From positions 1-64,000 of the IMG/VR virus record IMGVR_UViG_3300028388_006015: a stretch of 64,000 nucleotides of DNA, one strand, 5' to 3'. Source of the DNA: a virus. Below the pieces are notes generated by a model. The model ran no database searches. It was not told the origin of the DNA and saw only the letters and a list, made by a program, of their open reading frames with translations. The number at the start of each line of letters is the position of its first letter. Positions within the stretch are counted from its first letter, which is position 1. Shown here piece after piece: positions 55,318-64,000 of the stretch. Both the position numbers and the translations under genes were made by a program.

Positions 55318-55893
55318 CTAAAGTTTTTTGCAATGAAAAGTAAGTTGAATTTTAATGTCTGTTGGAGCGACTCCTCCAGTTCCATCTTTGTTGTTATCAG
55401 CACCTCCATGCCATGGAAGAATATAGGCGGCTTTGCGAAAATCTTTATCCCATAAATATTGCGCCTCTATTGCTTTTTCGTCAGTGAAAATCTTGATCTT
55501 TACAAGACTGTCGTGAATAAATCTAATTTCACCACTAACATCTTGTCCTCGTTTAACACTTATTTCATTAGGTCTGACGAACTTGCCTTTATCATAGTTA
55601 AAATACGGAGCAATATCCCAAGTACCTTTTTCAGGGTTTGATTGGAACGTTACAATAGCAGCATCATAATTTGAAGGATTATTCTTGTTAAGATTAACGC
55701 CAAATAATTTGCTACTATCTAGTTGATCAGGATCTGGACGTATATCGTATGGATCGCTTAATATGCGAAATGAAAACTGAATACTATGCGTTTTTCGAAC
55801 ATTAATGCTCTTGAGAAAACGATAGTAAAAACGAGCAACTAAAGCTTTTACGCTTCTATCTATGTGGTGGCCTTTTTTAATTGTATAGATCAT
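55318..55893 (-). CDS. Hypothetical beta-sandwich protein (possible carbohydrate-active)
   Basis: 191 aa; DQLDSSKLFG, LPWHGG...APTDI. Confidence 0.5.
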   Translation of the reverse strand: MIYTIKKGHHIDRSVKALVARFYYRFLKSINVRKTHSIQFSFRILSDPYDIRPDPDQLDSSKLFGVNLNKNNPSNYDAAIVTFQSNPEKGTWDIAPYFNYDKGKFVRPNEISVKRGQDVSGEIRFIHDSLVKIKIFTDEKAIEAQYLWDKDFRKAAYILPWHGGADNNKDGTGGVAPTDIKIQLTFHCKKL

Positions 55894-56486
55894 TGCTTAT
55901 ATAGAATTAATGATTGGTCTAAACTTCTATACTCTACTCTACCAGCATTGTAGAGTCGATATAGCTCGTTATCTCCATTATAACCTAAGATCTTTAACCA
56001 ACTACTTCCTAAAAATCTCAGACTAAACGATTGTGGCCCAACTGTCATTGTTGGAGTGGGTTCAAAAGATATCAATGCATTAAAATAATTCTCCCCTCCA
56101 TCTTCTGAAATTTGCCAATTGCCAGTATAAGATTCAGCTACTGCATCTGCAGATATATCAAATATACTCACTCCAAACAAATTAAACAAAGAAGTATTTG
56201 CATCAACAACGACAGTAATAACCTCAGAGCGATCCCATATATCATTAACTTTCAAAGCTAAATCTTCAACTTGATTGTTTACTCTTCGAGATAGCAAATC
56301 CATAACTACAGAAGTGTCTTGAGTTTCGTATTGTGTAGTCGTAATTATTACACCTTTCTTAAAAGATTGTCCTACATAATAATATCCATTAAGCTCATAA
56401 GCAAAGATGCTGTCAGGTGTAGTTTGAGCTTGACCTACTGTGAAAGCGGACAGAAATAGAAACAAAAAAACGATAATGATTTTCAT
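55890..56486 (-). CDS. Signal-peptide-bearing hypothetical protein
   Basis: MKIIIVFLFLFLSAFTVGQA/Q: Sec-type signal with Gln at +1. Confidence 0.7.
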   Translation of the reverse strand: MKIIIVFLFLFLSAFTVGQAQTTPDSIFAYELNGYYYVGQSFKKGVIITTTQYETQDTSVVMDLLSRRVNNQVEDLALKVNDIWDRSEVITVVVDANTSLFNLFGVSIFDISADAVAESYTGNWQISEDGGENYFNALISFEPTPTMTVGPQSFSLRFLGSSWLKILGYNGDNELYRLYNAGRVEYRSLDQSLILYKQ

Positions 56487-56499
56487 AATTATTTGTTTT

Positions 56500-57306
56500 T
56501 TAAAAGTTGTATCTTGCATAAATCCAATCTCGCACTGACGCAATTTCTGTATTATTATGCTCATCGTCATAAATTAACAACTCAGCTATATATCCATCCC
56601 AAAAGCCTGAAGCCCCATCTCTACTAGAACCTATACAGCTACCATTAACCAAAAACTCACCCCAAGATTCAGACAATGAGTTAAAAGCTATACTTGTTCC
56701 TGGAGATACTACTGTCTTAAATTGACTACCAGAGTCGTCAATCATTACAACATACAATCTAGCAGTATTAATACTAGAACTGGATACTTTTGAAAATGCT
56801 TGAGTTTGACCCCTTACTAAAAACTCCTGAAACGATGCTGTTGATGCGTCAGATCTAATTATAAGACCTCCACTATTAGCTCCATTAAAACTAAATATTC
56901 GTTTATCGACAACATTAGCATCTGCTTTTCCTACAACATAGACAGTAATATGAGCGTTATTTGGCAAGAAGTCTCCGGTAGTTAACTCAAATCTATCATT
57001 AGCTCCATCAAAAACATAAGATGCTTGATTATTCATCACACCTACTATTGGAGCAAAAGTAGGTCTAAATGATGATATTGTTTGCTCATAAACAACGGTA
57101 GGATCTGCCCAATTAATTGGAGAGCTTACTGATTGACCGTTAGTATAAGTATCTATTTCAGCAGAGGCCTGAATGTGCACTTTTAAATTTGCAGTAACAG
57201 GAGGAGCTTCATATAAACCACCCCCATGCTGTCCCAACCACATTCCTTGCTGAGAAATCCCAACAAGAGGTAATAGCCATAATATGATTAATACTAGTCT
57301 ATTCAT
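56500..57306 (-). CDS. Signal-peptide-bearing LamG/lectin-like adhesin (fibre-tip type)
   Basis: MNRLVLIILWLLPLVGIS/Q; VFDGANDRF, FWDGYIAELLIYD...VRDWIYARYN; TAATG-coupled to the giant fibre. Confidence 0.8.
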   Translation of the reverse strand: MNRLVLIILWLLPLVGISQQGMWLGQHGGGLYEAPPVTANLKVHIQASAEIDTYTNGQSVSSPINWADPTVVYEQTISSFRPTFAPIVGVMNNQASYVFDGANDRFELTTGDFLPNNAHITVYVVGKADANVVDKRIFSFNGANSGGLIIRSDASTASFQEFLVRGQTQAFSKVSSSSINTARLYVVMIDDSGSQFKTVVSPGTSIAFNSLSESWGEFLVNGSCIGSSRDGASGFWDGYIAELLIYDDEHNNTEIASVRDWIYARYNF

Positions 57307-60300
57307 TATTCTATTGTTGTTAAGCATTTATATACGCCTGAGTTTCCGTAACAAGTCACCATCGCTTCTGTAGCTATTGTTATAGTACCTAAATCGGTAC
57401 CGTCTAATGAATTGAATTCTGATGGAAAAGTAATATCCGTATCGGCACTCATACCGGAAAAGTGGAAGTTATATACAGGAGCTGTACCTGCCAATGTAAC
57501 TTCATTGTTAATAGTTAGAGTACAGTCGTTATTACCTGTATTAGTTATATAGTAACTAGCGTTATAATAGCCCTCCATATCTAATGTAATAGTCGATCCT
57601 GTAATATTCCCAGTCAACAATTTATTTGTTAATTTCTCAAGGTAGTCGTATACCGCATTTTGGCTAGGCGCATTTGCCGTATCGCCATCCCATCCAGATC
57701 CGTAAGCATCATCCTCAACTCCTCCTACATCACCTTTAGACGCCATTAAATCCCAATCACTGGCCAAAGGACCAGGTTCTTCAGTTGTTGATGCTGCCGT
57801 GCATACCCAAGCACTTCCATCATTTTCAACTGCTTGATTTATCAAATACGTTCCTGCAGACCAAGCACCTTCCCAAGTAATATCACCATCGGCACCTGGA
57901 GATCCTGCAGGTCCGGCAGGTCCTTGCTCTCCCTGAAGTGCTTCAATTTTCATAATATTTATATACGTTGCTGTATCGGAAACATTAAATACTCCACTAT
58001 CTTCTATGGAAATAGCGTATAATTTAAGTTTATCCCCGCCATTAAATGTTTGAGTGTAAGTCAACGTAACAGCGCCATCATCTTGATTGCCATCTCTAGT
58101 AACATAGTCATTTGTACTAATGATAGAGCTATATCCTGACCCTTCATCTAAATGAAGACTTGCTGTAAGTTCGTTTCTACTAATAGCTCCGTTACCTGCT
58201 ACTTGAAAAGATATTTGATATAAAGCAGTGTCTAATAATGTAATCTCTTCACCACTTACCGTATACACTGAATCATCAGTTTCGTAGGGAGTATCCCACG
58301 ATAAAAATGTACCACTACTTGCAATATTACTAGTAGTTGTAGTAAATGCTCCCATAAACGAGAATGAACTAGGAATTGTTGTTTCAGGCGTTATCCATTT
58401 AAGACTATCTAAACCATCATTGATTCCTAAATAAGCACCTGCAACAGCAGATCCGGCAATTGGGTGTCTTTCCATATCATCGTCACTCGATCTAAAGCCT
58501 AACAATGACTCAGGAACACCATCATTAAACGTTTCGTACTTATCTAATTCCACTCGCCCGTCTGATTGTAGTGTCATAACATTCTGAGTGGTCAATCCAT
58601 TAGTAGTCCAAAAATTAAGATCTGATGAGCGACTCGATCCATTCCAATTACCAACTGCACTAGATTCAATAAACGACATTGGATAAAATGTACTAGACTC
58701 GTAACCTCCAAACAAAATTGCTCCTAATTTTTCACGATCAAAAATACTTGCATCTGAAGATCCAATAGTTAAGTGATTACTTCCTGATATAAAAGATGAT
58801 CCGCCGGTACTACTAGGTGCTTCTAAGAATAAAGAGCTGTATGATAAAGTACTATCTCCATCCTCCCACTTAAATCTTGTAAGGTTCGATCCGGCATCTG
58901 GATGTATTGCAAAATCACCATCTACAAAAAACTGATAACTACTATCCGCAGTACCAATTGATGCTCTTCCTAATCTATAAACTGCACTCAAATACGTACT
59001 ATCTCCCTCAAATCTCCAATCATCATCTCCTCCCCCTGAATCGCTTTGTAGATCTTCAATTGGAACGGCTAAATTAGATTCTCCATCCACCAATCTTAAA
59101 GAATCTCCATCTACCTCAAAACTAATATTATATCCTGATGTATCAGGAGATCCTCCTCCTGTTGGAGTGTCGTAGAAAATAAACGTCACGTCACTATCAG
59201 TGCTATCTGGTACCCATGCACCACGAACATAAACGGTCTTTGCTGTTGTTGCTGATACTTCAGGAACACTACCATCATTAAATAAGTGTGCATCTAAAAG
59301 CGTATATGTTCCACCTGCTGGATCTAATATTTGCAATACTGGTTTGGATCCAACTGTTGTAAATTCGCCAATTAACGTAACGTCGTTTAGACGAGATGAA
59401 ATTAACGTTGCTTCATCAACACTACGAAAAACACCTCTCAGCTCAAAAGTAGCGCCTGTAGGTGGCGTAAAGCTTCGAGGAGCAAATAATGGATCGTCAA
59501 TTGCACCAGTATAATCAAGATTGTATGTGAATTCGCCCTCATAACGAATAAATAGATTCTCACAATATGCATTAGGAAAATATCCTGTTTGCATAAGAGG
59601 ACTGTTGCCAAAATATTGATCTATATTTACTTCAATTGCACTATTGCGCAATGTATCTGCTCCTGTTCCCCAGTCAAAAGCAAACAATCCATATTCATTA
59701 ACATGACTGTCAAATCCGCCATTAGTTGTCAGGTTACTGACACGATCACTAATCATATTACCGACATTCCATCTAAGAGATGTGTTTTCCCATCTATGCG
59801 ATCCGGTAACCTGAAAAATACTGAAATCTTGATCAATTATATTCCAATATCCAATATTGATTTCGTGAGATTGATTGATGCATGTGTCAGTAAGAAAATA
59901 AAAGCCTCCCTGACGATATTGATTAAGTCTTTGAATGTTAAATTGCGTGTTTTCAAAACCTGTAGTACCGTCCCACTGACAAACAAAATTGTCTGTTGAT
60001 ATTTTATCAATCGTAATATTTGCAATCACTCCCTGTTCAAGCTCAAATAATGGAACTGATGTAGTGTTTGTCAAAAACGTATCAACAATCTCCTTAGCTT
60101 CAAATATTAAACTTTTGCCTGTTGTTGAATTCATATAGGCAATTTCTCCATCATTTCTTATTGTAATTTTTCCCCGACCAAGTACCGTAATGCCATATCC
60201 ATTATTATCATACCATAATGGAGAAGTTGATGCGTTAATGATCTCAGCGCCCTCAAATAAATAATATTGAAGATCGGGAGCTGTAATTAAATTATTAGAA

Positions 60301-63300
60301 GTTGCTGAATTCTTGATAATATCGTAATCAGGATACTCTCCCGTATACGTCAATGTTGTAGCGATATATCTTCCCGGTAATACTTGAATTTGATCTGAAC
60401 TATCTGCAGCCGCAGCAGCAGCCCAAGGATCTTTCCATGGACGAAGATAGTTTCCCTTTTCTGCAGTTGCGTTATTACCGTTTTCCGCAACAAATAGAAT
60501 ATCTCCATAATTTTCTTCTCCCACAAACGTACTTAACGTATCATTGCCATCTACAAGATATAACGTATCATTATCTACATACATATCAATGTTATATCCT
60601 GATGTGTCCGTATTGTCAAGATACGATGCAAGATCGGCTTCAAGAGTTCCGTCCTGATCAGTAATTTTTAAAGTATCGTTTTCGATTATAAGATTGTAGT
60701 TCGATCCAGAAGTATCTAAACCTATTCCATCTTGAAGTGATGCGAGATCTTCAGTTAATGTGCCATCTTGATCAGTCAGTTCGAGTACTGTTCCGTTAAG
60801 TACTAAGCTATAATTACTTCCAGACGTATCGAGTCCAATTCCATCTTGCAGATCTGGAATGTAAATGGCAAGATTAGTGCTTCCATCAATAATTCTCAAA
60901 GAATCTCCATCAATTTCAAAAGATATGTTATATCCGGAAGTGTCTGTATTTTCTATAGGAAATACTTGCCATGCCGTTCCGTCCCAATAATTAAACAAGT
61001 CAAGATCTGTATTCCAAAAAAAAGCACCATCATATACAACAGACGGAAGTGTAGGCCATAAATCTCGAGCTACTGTACTTGCATTAGTAGGTACGATAAC
61101 ACCTTCCGATGTGACTTTAACAGTCTCTAATTGAATTTCATGTCCACTATCTACATCTAATCTTAAATCACCACTGATTTCATCTATTACTACTCCACCA
61201 TCAAAATTATATATCGCAAAACTATCTAGAGGTGAATGACCTTCGAGATAATAGTTAACAGCATCATCTGAGCTATATGGTGTAACTACCCTTATAGCTC
61301 TTTCGGACAATCCTGCGTCCGTATTCAGATCAAACTGAAGCCAATAATCTTCAGGAACATTAACGTTCATTACAGCAGGTAAACTATTACCATCATTGCG
61401 AATGTCAAAAATACCGTTACTGTCTGCTACAATTACAAATAACTCACCTAACTGATCTGTTAATTTAAGAGTATCGTTTTCAAGAACGAAACTATAATTT
61501 GAACCACTTGTATCTGTGCCTACTAATGATAATAAATCAACTATTATAGTTCCATCTTGATCTGTAACTTCTAGGTCTGTACCGTTCAATACAATTGAAT
61601 AATTAGATCCTGATGTATCAACACCTACCCCATCCTGTAGGGATGCGAGATCTTGTATTAGTGTACCATTTTGATCGGTTAATTCTAATTGAGTTCCATT
61701 AAGCGTTAATGTATAATTACTACCTGACGTATCTACTCCTATACCGTCTTGAAGATCAGGAATGTATACAGCTAAATTCGTACTACCATCAACAACTCTC
61801 AAACTATCGCCGTCAATCTCAAACGATATATTATAGCCCGAAGTGTCTGTATTGTCAAGAAGATCTGACAGGTCTACATCAGTGCCATTTTCTATATCTA
61901 AATCACCCAATCCATTATACGTTAAACCTTGATCGTCTGTATTGTCTAAATACGCAGATAGATCAACAACCAATAGTCCACTTTGATCAACAATCTTTAA
62001 CGAATCATTCTCTATAACTAATGAGTAATTTGAACCTGAAGTGTCAGTACCAACTAAGGATGCTAAATCTTGTATTAACGTTCCTCCTCCATCCACTAAC
62101 TCAAGATCTGTCCCGTTAAGAGTTAAAGATGTGTTATATTCGTTTGTTGGGTCTGCATCAGCATCATCAACAGAATCTTCAAATTGAACTTGACCACCAT
62201 CTACTAACGATATGATAATTGTAGTTCCAGTAGAGTCAATAGACAAATCTTGAGTGTCAGTGTTATCGAGATATGGCGACAAAATCACAGCAAAGCTTCC
62301 ATTCTGATCTTGAATATATAAGCTGTCATTCGATATATAAAAATTATAATTTGAGCCTGATGTATCAGTACCTATTCCATCTTGAAGTGACGCCAAATCA
62401 GCAGTAAGAGTACCGTTCTGATCAAGCAATTCTAGATCTGTACCGTTAAGTATTAATGAATAATTTGAACCTGACGTATCCGTTCCAATCCCATCCTGAA
62501 GATCAGGGATATAAACGGCGAAGTTAGTATTTCCGTCTGTCAATCTCAAACTGTCTCCATCTATTACAAATGAAGTATTATATCCAGAAGTATCGGTATT
62601 GTCGAGATACGCAGACAAGTCAACTATTAGCGTACCGTTTTGATCTGCTAATTTCAAAGAATCATTTTGTATGATTAAAGAGTAATTACTGCCCGAACTA
62701 TCTGTACCGACCAAAGAAGACATGTCTGTAATTATAGTACCATTTTGATCTGTAGTTTCAAGATCAGTGCCATTTAATAGTATTGAATAGTTCGAGCCTG
62801 AAGTATCCGTTCCAACACCATCTTGAAGGTCTGGAATATAAACAGCCAAACTCGTTTGACCATCAGTTATTCGTAGACTGTCACCATCAATAACGAATGA
62901 GACATTATATCCTGAGGTGTCGGTATTATCAATATAAATATCGTTCAGTGTTGCTGTGTCTGCTACTAAAGGATCGCCTAATGTTCCATCACCAGAAATA
63001 CCGTATCCTGTTTCAGCAACTTGGTTTCCCCAATCATCTCCATCCACTGTAGCTGCAGATAACGGCTTAAACATACCATCGCCAAACAACACCATAGTAT
63101 CTTGTCCTATCTGTGGTTGAGGAACAAGTCCTCTTTGACCTGCAGTAGATGAAGTCGCGCCCACCATTACATTGACAGTATCACCTACTCCATTAGTTAT
63201 TGACATTAATCCTGTAGCTGCATCGTATGATAAATCTTGCTCATCTACTCCTAAATCTGGAATATAAACAGCAAAATTTGTTTGACCGTCGATTATACGT

Positions 63301-64000
63301 AAACTATCTCCGTCAATTTCAAAACTGTAATTATAACCACTACTATCAATTCCTCCACCACCTGCAAATACTCTCCATGCTTGATCAATAAACATACCAA
63401 TAGTATCTTGTGCGGCTGTTATAAAGAAATCTTGCTCTCTTGGTGCAAGTGTATTGGTATCAACAACCTCATCAAGAATAAAAAAGTCATTATCGCACAC
63501 ATTGTAGTATCTGCCACTGCTAATTATATACAATCGCAATTCTGCAGTTGATGAACGAATTGTGTCAGGACCGGCTAATGTAAAAAAACTACATCCTTGA
63601 CGTAAAATGTCTGTACTGTCTGGTGATGTGATTCTAAATGGCGTTCCTAATTCTGTACTTGAACCTCGCACGTAAATAATTTTGCCATCATAACTTGTAT
63701 CGGGAAGTGTTGGAAAGATAATATCAACAGGAGAGCCTGTAAATGCACCGCCATATATAGATATGATGTCGCTCGTGTCAAGAACCTCAATTGGCAATGT
63801 GTAAGAGTCGCCAAACGTTAGTCTTTTATGGAACACACGATTATCTCTAATGTATGGAATCAAAGAAGCAAAAAGGATACCGCCTTGATCTTCAAGATAC
63901 AAAGTGTCATTTTGCACATACATATCGTAGTTCGTTCCAGATGTATCCGTTCCAATGCCATCTTGAATATCAGGTATGTAAATAGCTAAATTCGTCTGAC
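57306..64000 (-). CDS. Giant acidic repeat-rich fibre/adhesin (>2230 aa, 5' end outside the window)
   Basis: Frame stays open to 64000 (QTNLAIYIPDIQDGIGTDTSGTNYD-M). Contains ~35-aa repeats, a beta-helix-like block, a C1q-like domain, a collagen stretch GEQGPAGPAGSPGADG and a WEGAWSAGTY...W module. Confidence 0.88.
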   Translation of the reverse strand, partial: QTNLAIYIPDIQDGIGTDTSGTNYDMYVQNDTLYLEDQGGILFASLIPYIRDNRVFHKRLTFGDSYTLPIEVLDTSDIISIYGGAFTGSPVDIIFPTLPDTSYDGKIIYVRGSSTELGTPFRITSPDSTDILRQGCSFFTLAGPDTIRSSTAELRLYIISSGRYYNVCDNDFFILDEVVDTNTLAPREQDFFITAAQDTIGMFIDQAWRVFAGGGGIDSSGYNYSFEIDGDSLRIIDGQTNFAVYIPDLGVDEQDLSYDAATGLMSITNGVGDTVNVMVGATSSTAGQRGLVPQPQIGQDTMVLFGDGMFKPLSAATVDGDDWGNQVAETGYGISGDGTLGDPLVADTATLNDIYIDNTDTSGYNVSFVIDGDSLRITDGQTSLAVYIPDLQDGVGTDTSGSNYSILLNGTDLETTDQNGTIITDMSSLVGTDSSGSNYSLIIQNDSLKLADQNGTLIVDLSAYLDNTDTSGYNTSFVIDGDSLRLTDGNTNFAVYIPDLQDGIGTDTSGSNYSLILNGTDLELLDQNGTLTADLASLQDGIGTDTSGSNYNFYISNDSLYIQDQNGSFAVILSPYLDNTDTQDLSIDSTGTTIIISLVDGGQVQFEDSVDDADADPTNEYNTSLTLNGTDLELVDGGGTLIQDLASLVGTDTSGSNYSLVIENDSLKIVDQSGLLVVDLSAYLDNTDDQGLTYNGLGDLDIENGTDVDLSDLLDNTDTSGYNISFEIDGDSLRVVDGSTNLAVYIPDLQDGIGVDTSGSNYTLTLNGTQLELTDQNGTLIQDLASLQDGVGVDTSGSNYSIVLNGTDLEVTDQDGTIIVDLLSLVGTDTSGSNYSFVLENDTLKLTDQLGELFVIVADSNGIFDIRNDGNSLPAVMNVNVPEDYWLQFDLNTDAGLSERAIRVVTPYSSDDAVNYYLEGHSPLDSFAIYNFDGGVVIDEISGDLRLDVDSGHEIQLETVKVTSEGVIVPTNASTVARDLWPTLPSVVYDGAFFWNTDLDLFNYWDGTAWQVFPIENTDTSGYNISFEIDGDSLRIIDGSTNLAIYIPDLQDGIGLDTSGSNYSLVLNGTVLELTDQDGTLTEDLASLQDGIGLDTSGSNYNLIIENDTLKITDQDGTLEADLASYLDNTDTSGYNIDMYVDNDTLYLVDGNDTLSTFVGEENYGDILFVAENGNNATAEKGNYLRPWKDPWAAAAAADSSDQIQVLPGRYIATTLTYTGEYPDYDIIKNSATSNNLITAPDLQYYLFEGAEIINASTSPLWYDNNGYGITVLGRGKITIRNDGEIAYMNSTTGKSLIFEAKEIVDTFLTNTTSVPLFELEQGVIANITIDKISTDNFVCQWDGTTGFENTQFNIQRLNQYRQGGFYFLTDTCINQSHEINIGYWNIIDQDFSIFQVTGSHRWENTSLRWNVGNMISDRVSNLTTNGGFDSHVNEYGLFAFDWGTGADTLRNSAIEVNIDQYFGNSPLMQTGYFPNAYCENLFIRYEGEFTYNLDYTGAIDDPLFAPRSFTPPTGATFELRGVFRSVDEATLISSRLNDVTLIGEFTTVGSKPVLQILDPAGGTYTLLDAHLFNDGSVPEVSATTAKTVYVRGAWVPDSTDSDVTFIFYDTPTGGGSPDTSGYNISFEVDGDSLRLVDGESNLAVPIEDLQSDSGGGDDDWRFEGDSTYLSAVYRLGRASIGTADSSYQFFVDGDFAIHPDAGSNLTRFKWEDGDSTLSYSSLFLEAPSSTGGSSFISGSNHLTIGSSDASIFDREKLGAILFGGYESSTFYPMSFIESSAVGNWNGSSRSSDLNFWTTNGLTTQNVMTLQSDGRVELDKYETFNDGVPESLLGFRSSDDDMERHPIAGSAVAGAYLGINDGLDSLKWITPETTIPSSFSFMGAFTTTTSNIASSGTFLSWDTPYETDDSVYTVSGEEITLLDTALYQISFQVAGNGAISRNELTASLHLDEGSGYSSIISTNDYVTRDGNQDDGAVTLTYTQTFNGGDKLKLYAISIEDSGVFNVSDTATYINIMKIEALQGEQGPAGPAGSPGADGDITWEGAWSAGTYLINQAVENDGSAWVCTAASTTEEPGPLASDWDLMASKGDVGGVEDDAYGSGWDGDTANAPSQNAVYDYLEKLTNKLLTGNITGSTITLDMEGYYNASYYITNTGNNDCTLTINNEVTLAGTAPVYNFHFSGMSADTDITFPSEFNSLDGTDLGTITIATEAMVTCYGNSGVYKCLTTIE
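59040..64000 (-). repeat. About 18 degenerate ~100-bp coding repeats (D[TS]SG[YS]N...)
   Basis: Hand count: 17 D[TS]SG[YS]N in the listed protein plus one DTSGTN upstream; copies differ at synonymous positions. Confidence 0.9.

Noticed and set aside
1038-62017. Numerous short plus-strand and nested ORFs in the track (e.g. 46329-47063, 47240-47812, 19850-20389, 13077-13496)
   Set aside because: They are antisense or alternative-frame shadows of well-supported minus-strand genes and show no motifs.
57306-64000. CRISPR array or DGR template/variable repeats
   Set aside because: Repeats are in-frame protein repeats differing at synonymous sites; no spacers, no adenine-specific pattern, no reverse transcriptase or cas gene in the window.
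1-64000. tRNA, rRNA, integrase or IS elements
   Set aside because: Intergenic gaps are short and none showed a cloverleaf; no integrase or transposase motifs. A tRNAscan run would confirm.

Overview
This window is about 64 kb of a large, AT-rich contractile-tailed (myovirus) phage genome, with almost every gene on the minus strand. The head, neck, sheath and baseplate genes are SPO1/Twort (Herelleviridae)-like in architecture. The host is most likely Bacteroidota, judging from SD-less A-rich leaders, signal peptides with Gln at +1, and Bacteroidota-type adhesin repeats. In transcription order (right to left) it carries: (1) a giant repeat-rich fibre (>2230 aa, open at the window end) followed by two signal-peptide proteins; (2) lysis-like membrane genes interleaved with portal, MuF-like protein, a ParB-like/Nudix protein, prohead protease-scaffold and major capsid protein (split by a perfect 41-bp tandem duplication); (3) neck, sheath, tube, tape measure and baseplate genes; (4) a replication/recombination block (HNH, DnaQ-like exonuclease, TerL, DnaB, primase, DnaE, UvsY-like, SSB, SbcD, RecA, SbcC, RuvC). 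Embedded in this block is a 7-deazaguanine DNA-modification cluster (queD, queE, folE, dpdL-like, dpdA-like; no queC in the window) into which a dUTPase/dCTP-deaminase-fold gene and a nucleotide kinase are translationally coupled. The first ~526 bp look foreign: a plus-strand LamG fragment joined at a 9-bp tandem repeat. Best candidates for undescribed biology: a possibly pre-replicative 7-deazaguanine pathway; Sec-exported, possibly host-glycosylated fibre/adhesin proteins; a baseplate adhesin repeat split into three in-frame genes (possible donor-strand assembly); a PAS-domain membrane protein in the lysis cassette; and a protease-processed ParB/Nudix head polyprotein. All functional calls come from motif recognition and gene context, not database searches.
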